Source: Pachysolen tannophilus NRRL Y-2460 (Eukaryota). From it: a DNA stretch of 64,000 bases. Below are positions 32,997 to 44,986 of this stretch, in pieces. How positions within the stretch are numbered: position 1 is the stretch's first letter; each line of letters starts with the position of its first letter. The notes beneath the pieces are model-generated. The model made no database searches. It was not told where the DNA came from and worked only from the letters and a program-made list of their open reading frames with translations. The stretch spans positions 2,282,987 to 2,346,986 of the forward strand of contig KV454011.1 in assembly GCA_001661245.1 (NCBI GenBank), given 5' to 3'. The translations under genes were made by a program, and so were the position numbers.

Positions 32997-34040
32997 CTAA
33001 TCTTTGAGCAACTTGGCAACATCCTCGTAGACAGGAATTGTTTCAGCAGCACCTTTTTTTTGAACTGTTAAGGAACTTGCGTAGATTGCAAACTTCATAG
33101 CACTATCAATTGAATTTCCAAGACTTAATTGAGAAACAATAGCACCCAAGAAAGTATCACCAGCACCTGTTGTATCTTTAACTTTGTCTTTTGGTATCTT
33201 GTTGGACTTGAAAAATTTCAAATCATCACCACTTTCTTTACTTGAATATAAAGATCCCGTTGAACCCAAGGTAATGATAACCAAATTTAATTTGTCCAAA
33301 TTTATAAGTTGCCTTAAAGTTGTAGCAAGTTTATGGAACCCTGAAATCTTATCTTTGGCAATTTCTTCTTTGAAATCCCTTAATTTTTCATCTTTCAACA
33401 TATCATTCAGACTCATCAAGGCTTCTGTTTCATTCACAACCAAGACATCAATTTTTTTGTAAATTTCACTAGGTAGATCAATGAAAGGAGAAGGATTATA
33501 AATAATATTGATATTTGGTCTATTTGTATGCAACCAATTGATAGTCTCCACGGTGTTTGGAGTTTCATTTTGCAAGATAACATATTGCTTAATATCCTTA
33601 TCTGTAATATTGAACAATTTTTCATATTCTTCATTTGTAGGCAAAGTCTTTGCATTAGCACCTGGTGTAATCAAAATTCTGTTTTCACCATTGCTATCTT
33701 CTTCTACAATAATAACCGCAACACCTGTGTTGGTACCAGTAAGATTCTTGACATTTTCAATATTGATTGTGTTTTTAACCAAATATTTTTCTAGATCCAT
33801 TCCAAATGAATCGTCACCAACATTACCACACATTTGAATCTTGATCCGAGTCTTCTCTAAACGAGGAATCAACTTGGAAGTGGAAATTGCTTGATTCAAA
33901 CCCTTACCACCAAAATGAGTTTCAAACGAATTCGATTGCTTCGTCTCACCTGCATCTGGAATGCTGCTGATATAAGTAACTAAATCATAGTTGATTGAAC
34001 CAACAATTGTAATGACACTATTAATGATTTCGTCTTCCAT
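32997..34040 (-). CDS. RBK1: Ribokinase (PfkB family)
   Basis: VGSINYDLV, GGKGLNQA, YNPSP, VVNETEA, DTTGAGDTF anion-hole motif. Confidence 0.93.
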   Translation of the reverse strand: MEDEIINSVITIVGSINYDLVTYISSIPDAGETKQSNSFETHFGGKGLNQAISTSKLIPRLEKTRIKIQMCGNVGDDSFGMDLEKYLVKNTINIENVKNLTGTNTGVAVIIVEEDSNGENRILITPGANAKTLPTNEEYEKLFNITDKDIKQYVILQNETPNTVETINWLHTNRPNINIIYNPSPFIDLPSEIYKKIDVLVVNETEALMSLNDMLKDEKLRDFKEEIAKDKISGFHKLATTLRQLINLDKLNLVIITLGSTGSLYSSKESGDDLKFFKSNKIPKDKVKDTTGAGDTFLGAIVSQLSLGNSIDSAMKFAIYASSLTVQKKGAAETIPVYEDVAKLLKD

Positions 34041-34359
34041 TCTTTTTGACTACCAAATACCTTAATAACCAATTTTTAAGATTAAGTTATGAGATGAGAT
34101 TTATAATGAAAATTTTTTCCTTTCCAAAATTATCGTCGAAGAAGACCTTGGCTTCCATAAAATAGCAAGTATAACTTGTATTTTACTCGACCACTATACT
34201 CCGTTACCATATACGGTTGGTTTAAAAAAAGAAAAGAATGCATTTAAATGCGAATGCATCTAAATGCAACATCTACAGCTGAAGGTGCTAAATAAAACCC
34301 AATAAAATACAATACAACGTTATACTATACATTAATAATAGCAGAAACCAACAAAATCT

Positions 34360-37300
34360 TTAATGCCAATTAATAACTCTACCTCTATTATCACCACAAA
34401 CTATTTCTGCGCTACCAACTTTGGTTCCATCACCGTCCAATTCTGTGGTTAGTTTCATCTTAACGGTTGTAATAATTGTAGTACCTGACGCATTTTCAGA
34501 TGTCAAATTGAAAGTACGGAAATTTGTTAAATTCCATTTGCCAGCAAAAACTTTCAATTCCAAGACTTCAACTTTGTTTATACCACCTACAACGATTATT
34601 GAAGATTTTTCCCAATATTCATGATGAGGAGATGAATTTATAAATGACCAATTTGGTTGAGCAAAATCAATAGCAGAGATTTTATTTTCAATGTTACTGG
34701 TTGCTGGATCATATTCATATAAATTTTGAGATATTATTAAAGTTCCATTAATTGTGAAAACCTCAATCCACGTCAGTGATGCCAGTACTATATTACCTGT
34801 ATCATTTGCTATGGCAATGTTTTGCACTTTTTCCTTATTGTTGGTTTTAATTTTTCTAACGACATTTAATCTTACCAAGTCCAATAGCCAAACATTTCCC
34901 CTTTCATCTAAACTTAAAGCTGAATTAAAAGCAGGTGCAACTTTTATATCAATTACAGAAGAATTATGTGCTCTTAAAACACCCAAGAAATTCAACGAAT
35001 TATTGCTGTTTCTTCCATCTTTTGAATCGCCAAAGGAATCTTTTCTCCCAATAGTCACAGAACTGCTTGAATTAAAAGATGATTTTATTATGTACTTCCA
35101 AGAATGAATAGTCCCATCAGATGAGCCCGTTAAAAACATACGATTACCATACGGAACCAATGCGTTGATTTTGGAGTTATGCAACTGCTCAAAAACAACT
35201 CCGTTCACTGATAAAGATCCAATGATTCCCGTTCCTCTGATTAATATTTTCTCTGCATTGCAATAAAGACTAGAATGGCCTTTCCAATGGTCATCTTTTA
35301 ATTCTATATTTTTAATCGGTAATTTTAAGTTAGATTCTGATATCGATATCGGAATATCTAACATTTTTTTGATGTCCAATTTTGGAGATTGAAGTTCATC
35401 TCTGGCTGGATGCAGCTTTGTGAAAATTTGCAAAGGAGTTTGACCAAAATTGTGAATTATTCCAGTCATTGCTCTACGTTCAATCTCATCATCAATTTTG
35501 TCTAGGTCAATAGCACCATTGTAACTTAAATGATGGAAAACATTTGTAGCCTCAACAGCTGATTGACCTCTTTGCTTATATCCAAATATTAAATCAATCC
35601 ATTCATGTAAATGAGATGATGCATATGGACTTTCCAAAGCTTCTCTATTTTTTTGAATGAAAATAGTTGGATCATTTTTGGCCCATGGTGGTAATTCAAC
35701 ATCCTTTACAGGAGTTCCATCTTGTAATTTACCAAAATTGTAATTATTCTCATTGGTCAAAAATTCTGGTAAGTAGAAAAATTCTGGAATCAATTCTCTA
35801 ACATCTGTGGTATTTTCCTTGGAAGCAGAATTCCAAGCTTTTGCAATTGAATAAAATAGCCTGTCTGCATGATCAAACTTACCTCCTTGCAAAAGCAAAT
35901 ATGATTGAACATAAGGCTCCAACCTAATCAAGTATGACGTTACAATCATAGCCGAAGAATAATGGGTTCCGTAATGAAATGGAGGAGCATCAGGATCTTC
36001 AAGACTAGCTAAAGCTTCATATCTCTCTTTAAAAGTATTTTCTCTATTCTCTCCTTGTCCACCCATGGGTCTAGTTAAATCACGATAAATATTTGGATCA
36101 CTCAAATCCAATTCTTCACTAGAATAATCTGCAATAACCCACGGGAATACAGGGTATTGAGTCAAATCATTAAAAGTCCTTCCAGCTAGCGTGTTAATGA
36201 TCATTAAATAATAGAAGTTAGACATTTCTCCTCTTTGCCACTTTTTAGTTATTTGGGAAAAATTAATGGAATTACTATTAAACGCATTTGATAATTTGTT
36301 AAAAAACTTATTGCTTGTACTAGCGCCATTTCCATTATTATTATTATGCGCTGAAAAACTAGCAGCTGCAAATTTAAAAGCTTGTGACAAGTCTTTATCA
36401 ATACCTTTACCAGTGGCAAGATGTGACACTTTAGAATAAATGGTGTCTCGTTCTTTTGTAGTTTTGCACGTTATCAAAAAGCTACTTCCATCGACAAAGA
36501 AAAACTCCAAAGCCACGTCTCTGAATAAAAATTGCCTTTTTGAAACTGATGTCAACTTTTCCAACTCCCAAGATTTCGTTTGATGATCCTTTTTGAGCTT
36601 GGTCTCCTGGGAACTGCCATTTGTGTTATTTCCATTAGTCGCTAGATTGTTGTTATTTTTTTTCTTGGGTCCAATAATCAACTGCATATAAGGATCGCGC
36701 TCTTCAGCTGGTGCATCATCAATATCAACTATTTCACCATTGTTACTGCAATGGAAATAATTTTTAATTAGATATAGATGTGTATTTCCCATAATTAAAA
36801 TGGATTCTATTGCTTCTAAACCTAAAATTTGGCTCGTATTCCATAAATCGATTATTTTGTCTCCAATATATAAACTCCTCAAAACTTTTCTATTTTTGTC
36901 TTCTTGAATTAGATCTATTTCTTCTGCAGTAGAAGACTGATCAATATCAATAAGTTCAAAACCTTCAGTCAATTCAGCATTCTTTGATGAAGACGACGAT
37001 AAATCACTTAAAGTTGAAGTTAATATTTCTCTGTTATTAGAGTCTCCTTCTTCATTGTTATTTCCATTTTCATTATTGCTCTCATTAAGTTTCAGCGAAT
37101 TGCTATCAGCTAATAATAGTACGCTAGAATCATTCTTATCAAATTCTGGAATAAGTCTTTTTCTCATTCTGTTGGCGCCTTCTATGGAATCAACGTACCA
37201 TTGAAAACTCAATGTATTTTCACCGTACAATACCCGGGTAGATTCTATTCTCATATTGTTATAAATACTGATATAGAACTGTACATTATCTTGATGATCT

Positions 37301-40300
37301 TGGATATGACGATAATACTTTGACAACTCCGATGATACTATAGATTTTTTCCAGTTTCTGTTATCCTTTTCAAAATTATTAATAAAATCCTCATTTGCGG
37401 TGAAACCGTTATTGCTTATCTGAACCAACTTATCATCTAATTTTGGTAATTGTAGATATGTTGAATTTTCTTCGATAATTATCTTAAAATTTTCGGAGAA
37501 GACGTTCGACACATTAGAATCATTGAAAATTTTATTTTCAACTTCCTCATCACTTGAAACTAGAAGAGCGTTAAAGAAATTTGCGGTAATTGTAAATTTG
37601 TTATCTAATTTCGCTGAAATCAATTCAACAATTTTCTCAATATCATTCTGACGGTACAAAAGCAACATTCTTAATGCGTTTATCGATAAACTTGAAATTT
37701 CGACATCTTCTATTTCCAATTCACAATTTTTAATCAATAATGTAATTAAAGTTGATATTTTCTTATTATCCAAAACATCATTTCCAAAATAAATCGTTTG
37801 ATGAAATAGTAAATGGTTAATTAACAACTTTTTCACGGTTTCAAAATCACTGAGATGTATGCTTTCAATAAAACATTTCAAATAAACATCTCCTAGGATG
37901 TCTTTGAATTTTGAAACGTATTTTTCATTAATTCTTTTCAATTCACTAAATTCTGCGACATTGCTTATAACTTCAATGAATCGTAATAGTTCGTCAGTAT
38001 TCCATTTATGGCTGTTTAATGACTCATAACAGCTTTCAAAAAATTTTAAAGAACAAACAAGAAATACTGGTGATTTATCTCCATTAATTATCAAATCAGG
38101 TAAAACATCTTTGAAATTTTGCATATGCTCTAAAATCTTAGGGTAAATTAAACGATGTAATACTAATGATGACTCCTGATTCTGCATATTATCAATGACT
38201 TTAACAAAATCGACAGAGCCTTCATTGCCAGGAAATTTGCCGTTACCAGCATCATTGTTAAACAATAATTCAATAAAATTATGGCTGAGGATTCTAATAA
38301 AATTATGGTACAGATTAATTATCTCAATCGTTTTCACATTATATGACAAGCAATCCAATTTATTCAATATTGTCAAATTGTCACTCAACCATTTAATATC
38401 ACTTCTAAAAAAGTTTTTCAAACTTATTATATTTTCGTAGGAGGTTTCTGAAGCAATGATATAAGAATTCAATAATGAGGTCAAATTTAAAGTTATGTCA
38501 TCAAATTTTTCATTATTACCATTTTTATTCAACTGATTTTTGCCATAACTATCAAGTTCTTCAATCCCATATATAATTAAACTGTTAATTAAATACAAAA
38601 AAGAAGGCATCGCAATTTGTAATTTATTGCCTCTCTTACTTAGTCTTTTCAGGAACTGCACTAAATCTGAACCAAGATCTTGACTTTGGGATATTCCAAA
38701 TACCCCACTATATAACAACACTACAATTTCATTATCGAACCACCATTTGTTCAATGTTGTCGCTAATATATCAAGACCATTATGCAGAATAAAATTATTA
38801 TAAAATTTTAGTCCTAAAATCGCTAGCATTCGGATTAAAAGCCTTAAAGATAATTTGACAACTTTTGGATTTGAATCATCTAGCAATAACAATATCCAAC
38901 GAACAGTAATGGATTTCGATAATTTTTTATAAAATACAGCAGTCATACTACTTTCATTATGATGGTTAGAAGATGATGTAAGACTTGAAGAAATCAATGA
39001 AGGGTCACATATAAATGAGACCAATACATCCAAAGCGCATATTCCACAACATTTTTGTAGTGATTCTTCTTTATTATCTTCAGTTTCAGCATTTTTTTCA
39101 TTCAAGGCATAAACAATATACAATGATAAAGATCTCATAATTTCAGCTGTTGGATTAGCTTTGATCAAGATTAACAAAGAATTATGTACAACGGGGAGAA
39201 TATCTTTTCCAAAAGACTCATATTTTAAAGCTTGAATAAATCTTTTGATTATTCTCATTTTCACCAATTTGTTGATATTATATAAGTTATATTTGCTTTC
39301 TTGAAAGAAAACAGTGAATTGGAATAATAGAAACTTGAATGTCTCTTTACCTTCAGCATTATTTATGCGCTTGTCATTTGTTTTCCAAATATCAAAATCT
39401 AATATCAATGATCTGTAGGCTAGAGGGTTAAGTAGTATAGAATCTATAGGAGAATTGTAATTGTATCCAATAAATTGTAAAATTAAGTCCAATATTTTAA
39501 GATTTAACAAATTTTTTTTAGTTTTCAATATTGTAGCTACCAAGTCATAACCATTTTTCATTTCAAATTCTCTTAAATTTCTCCAATTTTTGGATATTAA
39601 TTCAAATAATAAATTTAATGATAAATGGAGATGATCATTTGTTTGTGCATTTTCTATAATTCTGAAAATTATTGTTATTCCTCCAATAGAATAAAAAGTT
39701 GACTGTATAGGATAAGAAGACCACAATGAAGGATTATTATGAATCGTAGCTGATTTGTCCTTAAAAGGTATTATTAAACCTTTATTACTTTTAATTATAT
39801 TTTTAGCATGGAAATTTAATAAAATTGAGTTTAATTCCAAATTTAATTTACCATTTCTAACTAATAATTTATGAATTTGATCAAATTTTAGTAATTCTTT
39901 TCTTGAAATATCTTCAACTTTCATATTATCACTATTTCTATATTTACTATGTAAATATAATTCTCTTAATTTAAATTCAAATGAGTTTTTTGATTGATAA
40001 CTTAAAAACTCAACCAAATTAGAATCTTGATAATTACTTGAATAACCAGGAAGTAAATAATAGGAAAGTAAAATCCATTCTAAAGGTTCTACTTCATTTA
40101 TCAATAACAAATTCAGGACATCAATTGTCTTTGTATTGTTTTCATTTTTTGAGATATTACCAATTCTAACTTGGAAATCATTATTGTTATTGATATCACC
40201 ATTATCATAACTAGTATTAAAATTTGTACTTGAATTTGTTATCTGTAATGATTGTATAAACTCTCCATCTACATATAAATTAAATTTTGAAATAGTTTTT

Positions 40301-40920
40301 GAATTAGTTAAAGCATGAGTTATTACAACATGATATGGAACTTTATTAACAAAATTAAAACTTTCAAAAGCTTCTAGTTCCAATTCATCATCATTTGATA
40401 TTTCTATGGACAATTGATTATTTATAATATATATTTTCAAGAATGTAGATATTTCTAAAAAAATAATTTTATGATCTTTACCTTCATTTTCATCTTCATC
40501 ATTTATTTGTACCCAAGTTTGTAAAGTAAAATTTTTTTTCAATTTCCCATTTAAATCAGTAAATTCAATATAATCTTCTTGGTGAAATGTAAGATAATAT
40601 GAAGCAATTGGATAATTATTAATCAATTTAAATAAAATATTTAACCAATCTATCGAATCCGCTGATAATTTACACAATTTTAACAATTGTTTCTGATTCA
40701 AATTCAAATCTTTCAAAGTAATATTATTCAATTTTTCTAATAAAATTATATCATTTTCTTCAATGCTTTTCTTATCTGATATTAACAATTGTTGTAAATT
40801 ATAAACCGTCTTGTCTATATCAAGTAAATCTTCATCTTCCTCCTCTTCAATTTCTTGTTCGTTACCACTATTATTATATTCACTATTACTCAAATTTTTG
40901 GAAACCGCTGACTCATCCAT
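34360..40920 (-). CDS. BPH1: BEACH-domain protein (PH-BEACH-WD40)
   Basis: KWQRGEMSNFYYLMIINTLAGRTFNDLTQYPVFPWV, FHYGTHYSSA, DVRELIPEFFY, HEWIDLIFGYKQ; C-terminal WD repeats; first ATG at 40920. Confidence 0.93.
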   Translation of the reverse strand: MDESAVSKNLSNSEYNNSGNEQEIEEEEDEDLLDIDKTVYNLQQLLISDKKSIEENDIILLEKLNNITLKDLNLNQKQLLKLCKLSADSIDWLNILFKLINNYPIASYYLTFHQEDYIEFTDLNGKLKKNFTLQTWVQINDEDENEGKDHKIIFLEISTFLKIYIINNQLSIEISNDDELELEAFESFNFVNKVPYHVVITHALTNSKTISKFNLYVDGEFIQSLQITNSSTNFNTSYDNGDINNNNDFQVRIGNISKNENNTKTIDVLNLLLINEVEPLEWILLSYYLLPGYSSNYQDSNLVEFLSYQSKNSFEFKLRELYLHSKYRNSDNMKVEDISRKELLKFDQIHKLLVRNGKLNLELNSILLNFHAKNIIKSNKGLIIPFKDKSATIHNNPSLWSSYPIQSTFYSIGGITIIFRIIENAQTNDHLHLSLNLLFELISKNWRNLREFEMKNGYDLVATILKTKKNLLNLKILDLILQFIGYNYNSPIDSILLNPLAYRSLILDFDIWKTNDKRINNAEGKETFKFLLFQFTVFFQESKYNLYNINKLVKMRIIKRFIQALKYESFGKDILPVVHNSLLILIKANPTAEIMRSLSLYIVYALNEKNAETEDNKEESLQKCCGICALDVLVSFICDPSLISSSLTSSSNHHNESSMTAVFYKKLSKSITVRWILLLLDDSNPKVVKLSLRLLIRMLAILGLKFYNNFILHNGLDILATTLNKWWFDNEIVVLLYSGVFGISQSQDLGSDLVQFLKRLSKRGNKLQIAMPSFLYLINSLIIYGIEELDSYGKNQLNKNGNNEKFDDITLNLTSLLNSYIIASETSYENIISLKNFFRSDIKWLSDNLTILNKLDCLSYNVKTIEIINLYHNFIRILSHNFIELLFNNDAGNGKFPGNEGSVDFVKVIDNMQNQESSLVLHRLIYPKILEHMQNFKDVLPDLIINGDKSPVFLVCSLKFFESCYESLNSHKWNTDELLRFIEVISNVAEFSELKRINEKYVSKFKDILGDVYLKCFIESIHLSDFETVKKLLINHLLFHQTIYFGNDVLDNKKISTLITLLIKNCELEIEDVEISSLSINALRMLLLYRQNDIEKIVELISAKLDNKFTITANFFNALLVSSDEEVENKIFNDSNVSNVFSENFKIIIEENSTYLQLPKLDDKLVQISNNGFTANEDFINNFEKDNRNWKKSIVSSELSKYYRHIQDHQDNVQFYISIYNNMRIESTRVLYGENTLSFQWYVDSIEGANRMRKRLIPEFDKNDSSVLLLADSNSLKLNESNNENGNNNEEGDSNNREILTSTLSDLSSSSSKNAELTEGFELIDIDQSSTAEEIDLIQEDKNRKVLRSLYIGDKIIDLWNTSQILGLEAIESILIMGNTHLYLIKNYFHCSNNGEIVDIDDAPAEERDPYMQLIIGPKKKNNNNLATNGNNTNGSSQETKLKKDHQTKSWELEKLTSVSKRQFLFRDVALEFFFVDGSSFLITCKTTKERDTIYSKVSHLATGKGIDKDLSQAFKFAAASFSAHNNNNGNGASTSNKFFNKLSNAFNSNSINFSQITKKWQRGEMSNFYYLMIINTLAGRTFNDLTQYPVFPWVIADYSSEELDLSDPNIYRDLTRPMGGQGENRENTFKERYEALASLEDPDAPPFHYGTHYSSAMIVTSYLIRLEPYVQSYLLLQGGKFDHADRLFYSIAKAWNSASKENTTDVRELIPEFFYLPEFLTNENNYNFGKLQDGTPVKDVELPPWAKNDPTIFIQKNREALESPYASSHLHEWIDLIFGYKQRGQSAVEATNVFHHLSYNGAIDLDKIDDEIERRAMTGIIHNFGQTPLQIFTKLHPARDELQSPKLDIKKMLDIPISISESNLKLPIKNIELKDDHWKGHSSLYCNAEKILIRGTGIIGSLSVNGVVFEQLHNSKINALVPYGNRMFLTGSSDGTIHSWKYIIKSSFNSSSSVTIGRKDSFGDSKDGRNSNNSLNFLGVLRAHNSSVIDIKVAPAFNSALSLDERGNVWLLDLVRLNVVRKIKTNNKEKVQNIAIANDTGNIVLASLTWIEVFTINGTLIISQNLYEYDPATSNIENKISAIDFAQPNWSFINSSPHHEYWEKSSIIVVGGINKVEVLELKVFAGKWNLTNFRTFNLTSENASGTTIITTVKMKLTTELDGDGTKVGSAEIVCGDNRGRVINWH

Positions 40921-41259
40921 ATCCTCAGCTAGCCAATTAACAATCACAACAAAAACAGAATGACCAAAACTTGAATCAATCTATTTGTTATTCTAAAACT
41001 AATCAATTAATACATCTTTTACATTTGTTAACAAGTACCATAGTAAGGAAAAAAACAAAAATTTCCTAATATGGAAAGTGAAGCTCCAAAACTGGAAATT
41101 GCAATAAATTTCCTAAAAGGGAAATTAAATTTAGAAATAGATTTACTTTTTAAGTACAAATTGAACTTAACTAACTCATCACAGTAATATAGATAGATGA
41201 ATTGAATAATATATATATTATATATATTTATATATATATATGGATATATAGATATCATT

Positions 41260-41930
41260 ATGGGGAGTGTTTTTCTACCGCATTTGAAGTCTGGATGGTG
41301 AGTATGAATTTTTATGTCTTTTTTTTTTAGTTTTACATTATTTGGAGAGAAGTACTAACTAATGAATAGGCATGTTGACCAAGCTATACTATCTGAGGAT
41401 GAAAGATTGGTAATTATAAGATTTGGTGTGGATTGGGATAAGGAATGCATGTTAATGGATGAACTTTTGTATAGTATTGCTGAAAAAGTTAAAAACTTTG
41501 CAGTTATCTATCTATGTGATATAAATCAAGTTCCTGATTTTAATCAAGTAAGTATTGTTAAACTGAACAATTATTTTTGTAATTATACTAGTTAAATTCA
41601 ATTACTAACTGATTTTTAAGATGTATGAGTTATATGATCCAATGACTATAATGTTTTTCTTCCGAAATAAACATATGGTAGGTTATCCTGGGTTTTTTAT
41701 TTTTTTCAGATATACATATTAGTTTTTACAATTTACATACTAACAGTTTCTAGATGTGTGATTTTGGTACTGGTAATAATAACAAATTGAATTTTGTATT
41801 GAAGGATAAACAGGAACTAATAGATATAATCGAAACCATTTACAGAGGTGCAAGGAAGGGTAAAGGTTTAGTTGTTAGTCCCAAAGATTATAGCAGTATT
41901 ATGAAGAATAGAGGAGGCACCGAGATATAA
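41260..41930 (+). CDS. DIB1: U5 snRNP protein Dib1/Dim1; exons 41260-41297, 41370-41547, 41621-41677, 41754-41930
   Basis: Spliced product MGSVFLPHLKSGWHVDQAILSE...VPDFNQMYELYDPMTIMFFFRNKHMMCDFGTGNNNK...YRGARKGKGLVVSPKDYS; introns GTGAGT..TAG, GTAAGT..AAG, GTAGGT..TAG, each with TACTAAC. Confidence 0.93.
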
Positions 41931-42136
41931 TTTCTATATAGATGATTTTAATTGTAATACTATATGTTTTTGGTTTTGTCCACTTTTATTATGTAAGTAG
42001 AAAACCTTGCTGAAAAAAAAAAAAATGAAAAATGAAAAAATGCAAAAAAAAGCAAAAACAACGATTTTCAAGTTTTATTTATACGAGAGTTTTTATTTTT
42101 TTCTTTTTGCTTTCTAGTTCAAAAGTGTTTTTTAAA

Positions 42137-42859
42137 ATGATAATTGACGATAAGAAAGGGATTGAGCTTGCTCTTGAAGAAGCAAAGAAAGGTGCGTAAT
42201 ATCTATTCTTTGTTAGGCTCTTTTACTTTTTTGCTCTTTTGCTTTTTAGCATTTTTATATGACTATTCAAGTTTTTGTGTACTAACAACTATCAAACAGG
42301 TTATGCTGAAGGAGGAGTTCCTATCGGTAAGTAAGCCATATTGAAAACTCATTATCTTTTTAATTTCCAACTAACATCTAATTTTGTGATTGCAGGTGCC
42401 TTGTTAGTGAGTGGTGATGGCCAAATCTTGGGCAGAGGCCATAATATGAGATTTCAAAAAAACTCTGCCATCCTACATGCTGAAATGTCAGCTTTAGAAA
42501 ATGCGGGAAGAATGAAGGGAAACGTTTACAAAGATTGTACAGTAAGTAACAGAATCTGAAGAAAAGGCAAAAAAAAAAAATATTTCACCAGCTTTACTAA
42601 CGATAGTCATTTTTCATTTCATTTCTAGATGTATACCTCGTTAAGTCCTTGTGATATGTGTACTGGAGCATGTATTATGTACGGTATTAAAAGAGTAGTA
42701 TTAGGTGAAAATACAACACTTGTTGGAGGAGAAGGCTACTTGAAGTCTAGAGGTGTTGAAGTTGTCAATATGGACAATCAGGATTGTAAAGACATTATGG
42801 CAAAATTTATCAAGGAAAGACCAGATGACTGGTATGAAGACATTGGTCAAGAAAAGTGA
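42137..42859 (+). CDS. FCY1: Cytosine deaminase; exons 42137-42191, 42300-42326, 42396-42541, 42629-42859 (152 aa)
   Basis: Spliced MIIDDKKGIELALEEAKKGYAEGGVPIGALL...GRGHNMRFQ...LHAEMSALENAGR...TMYTSLSPCDMCTGA; HAE and PCxxC zinc motifs; introns GTGCGT..CAG, GTAAGT..CAG, GTAAGT..TAG. Confidence 0.93.
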
Positions 42860-43008
42860 AAAATTCTTTAATACCGCTTCTCGCTCGCTACAAAGTAAAT
42901 AAAAAATTATTTTAGCGAGATCAGCGGGTAGTGCATGTCGGACCTAAGTATTTTTTTTCTCTTATCTAAAGCTTTTAGCCGTTCTGATTCAGAACAAGTG
43001 AAAAATAG

Positions 43009-43013
43009 CCAAT
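43009..43013 (+). promoter_or_regulatory. CCAAT box (candidate Hap2/3/4/5 site) upstream of the D-lactate dehydrogenase gene
   Basis: tagCCAATga about 160 bp upstream of the ATG; plausible for a respiratory gene, but a short motif. Confidence 0.35.
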
Positions 43014-43170
43014 GAGCCGCTTCCCGATAAGCATTTTGGGACATAATGTTGTATACATCTTTGTATTTTATATAATTGTAAAATTGAACAAGAAAAAAAA
43101 AAAAATAAAAATTGAAGAATTCGAATTCATTGTCTCAGTTTTCAATTTGATTTTGGTTGTAGTCTTGTAA

Positions 43171-44907
43171 ATGTTTGCTCGATATTTCGGTTTTGTCTGG
43201 CAAAAAGGGCTGCATACGTTTAAGAGACCTGTGAAATTTGTTAGTTTACGGTTACCGAAATATACTAAGTGCTTAAGTTATTCCACTGCACCACCTAACG
43301 CGAGAAGAAATAATTCCTCTACAAGATTATTAGTTGTTAGTGTATTGTTGAGTACATCGGTTGGTTGGTTTGCATGTGATTATTATACCAAGAAAATTGA
43401 TCCACCAGAGTATTTATTTCCTTTATCTTCAACTACAGATGTCAAATCTTTGAAGCCTCCAATATATGCTTCAAAAGATGAAGTTAAATTAGCAATTGAT
43501 GAAATTGAAAAAATTTTAGGCCCAGAAAATATAACATCATCAGCTGGTGAATTATTAGATCATTCAGATAATTCGTCAAATTTTCATAAACCTCATGAGT
43601 CAGAAAGACCTTATTTAGTTTGTTATCCAACATCAATTGAAAAAGTTCAAGCAGTGGTGAAAGTATGTTTTAAATATAGAGTTCCAATGATACCAATAGG
43701 TGGTAAGACTTCAATTGAAGGTCATATGATTCCAACGCATCGTGGGATAGCTATAGATATTAGCCGAATGGATAAGATTGTAGAATTTCATGAAGATGAT
43801 TTAGATATTGTAGTACAGCCTGGAATTGGATGGGTAGAATTGAATGAATTTTTAGCTCCATATAATTTGTTATTTGGTCCTGATCCTTGTAAAGGTGCTC
43901 AATGTGGTGGGATCTGTGCAACAAATGCATCAGGGACCAATGCTTCAAGGTTTGGTGCAGCAAAGGATAATGTTATATCATTAACCGTAGTTCTTGCTGA
44001 TGGCTCAATAATAAAAACAAAACAAAGACCAAGAAAATCTTCTGCTGGTTATAATTTAACAAATTTATTTATTGGTTCAGAAGGTACTTTGGGTATAATT
44101 GTTGAGGCAACTTTAAAATTACATGTTAAACCAAAACATGAAATTGTTGCAATGATGAATTTTAATAGCTTATCAGAGGCAACTCATGCAGTGACTGATA
44201 TTTTTAAGAAAGGAATTCAAGTAAATGCTTGTGAACTACTAGATTCAAGACAAATGAAAGTAATTCAAGAAATGGATGTTACAACGAGAAAATATTCTGA
44301 TAAGAATTTATTACTTTTCAAGTTTGGTTCAGGTTCAGACAAATCTTTAAAAGAAATTGTATCACAAGTTAAAGGAATATGTTTTGCAAATGGAGGTTTC
44401 AATTATGAAGTGGCATATACTGAAGAACAGAAAGAAAATATTTGGGATATTAGAAAATCACAATTATGGATCACCATTGATTGGGCCAAAAGTTTAAATC
44501 CAAAGATGAAATTTTGCCCAACAGATTCTGCTGTCCCAGTTTCGTCATTACCTCAAGCAATCGAAGATACTGTTAAGGACATTGAAGAAAATGGATTATT
44601 AACAACAGTTGTTGCTCATGCAGCCGATGGGAATTTCCATGCATTGGTAATATTCCCACCTGAAAAGTTAGAAGTTGCACAACAAGTAATCAAACGAATG
44701 GCATCCAGAGCAATTCAATATGGTGGAACTTGTAGTGGTGAGCATGGTATAGGTATTGGTAAAAGAGAATTTTTAGTGGAAGAATTAGGTCTGAATAGTA
44801 TTGACTTGATGAGGAAATTAAAGATGGCTATGGACCCATTACGGTTGCTTAATCCTGATAAAGTATTTATCACTGATCCCAGCGAGAATCGAACTGAATG
44901 TTTCTAA
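43171..44907 (+). CDS. DLD1: Mitochondrial D-lactate dehydrogenase (cytochrome), FAD-linked oxidase
   Basis: Presequence plus TM segment; TSIEGH, TNASGTNA, RPRKSSAGYNLTNLFIGSEGTLG, HAADGNFH, SGEHGIG, LNPDKVF. Confidence 0.85.
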   Translation: MFARYFGFVWQKGLHTFKRPVKFVSLRLPKYTKCLSYSTAPPNARRNNSSTRLLVVSVLLSTSVGWFACDYYTKKIDPPEYLFPLSSTTDVKSLKPPIYASKDEVKLAIDEIEKILGPENITSSAGELLDHSDNSSNFHKPHESERPYLVCYPTSIEKVQAVVKVCFKYRVPMIPIGGKTSIEGHMIPTHRGIAIDISRMDKIVEFHEDDLDIVVQPGIGWVELNEFLAPYNLLFGPDPCKGAQCGGICATNASGTNASRFGAAKDNVISLTVVLADGSIIKTKQRPRKSSAGYNLTNLFIGSEGTLGIIVEATLKLHVKPKHEIVAMMNFNSLSEATHAVTDIFKKGIQVNACELLDSRQMKVIQEMDVTTRKYSDKNLLLFKFGSGSDKSLKEIVSQVKGICFANGGFNYEVAYTEEQKENIWDIRKSQLWITIDWAKSLNPKMKFCPTDSAVPVSSLPQAIEDTVKDIEENGLLTTVVAHAADGNFHALVIFPPEKLEVAQQVIKRMASRAIQYGGTCSGEHGIGIGKREFLVEELGLNSIDLMRKLKMAMDPLRLLNPDKVFITDPSENRTECF

Positions 44908-44986
44908 TACATACGTTTAAATTAATAGTGATTACGTTTGAATAACGTTAAATGTAGTATACACACTTTTTTTTTTGTTTTTTTTT

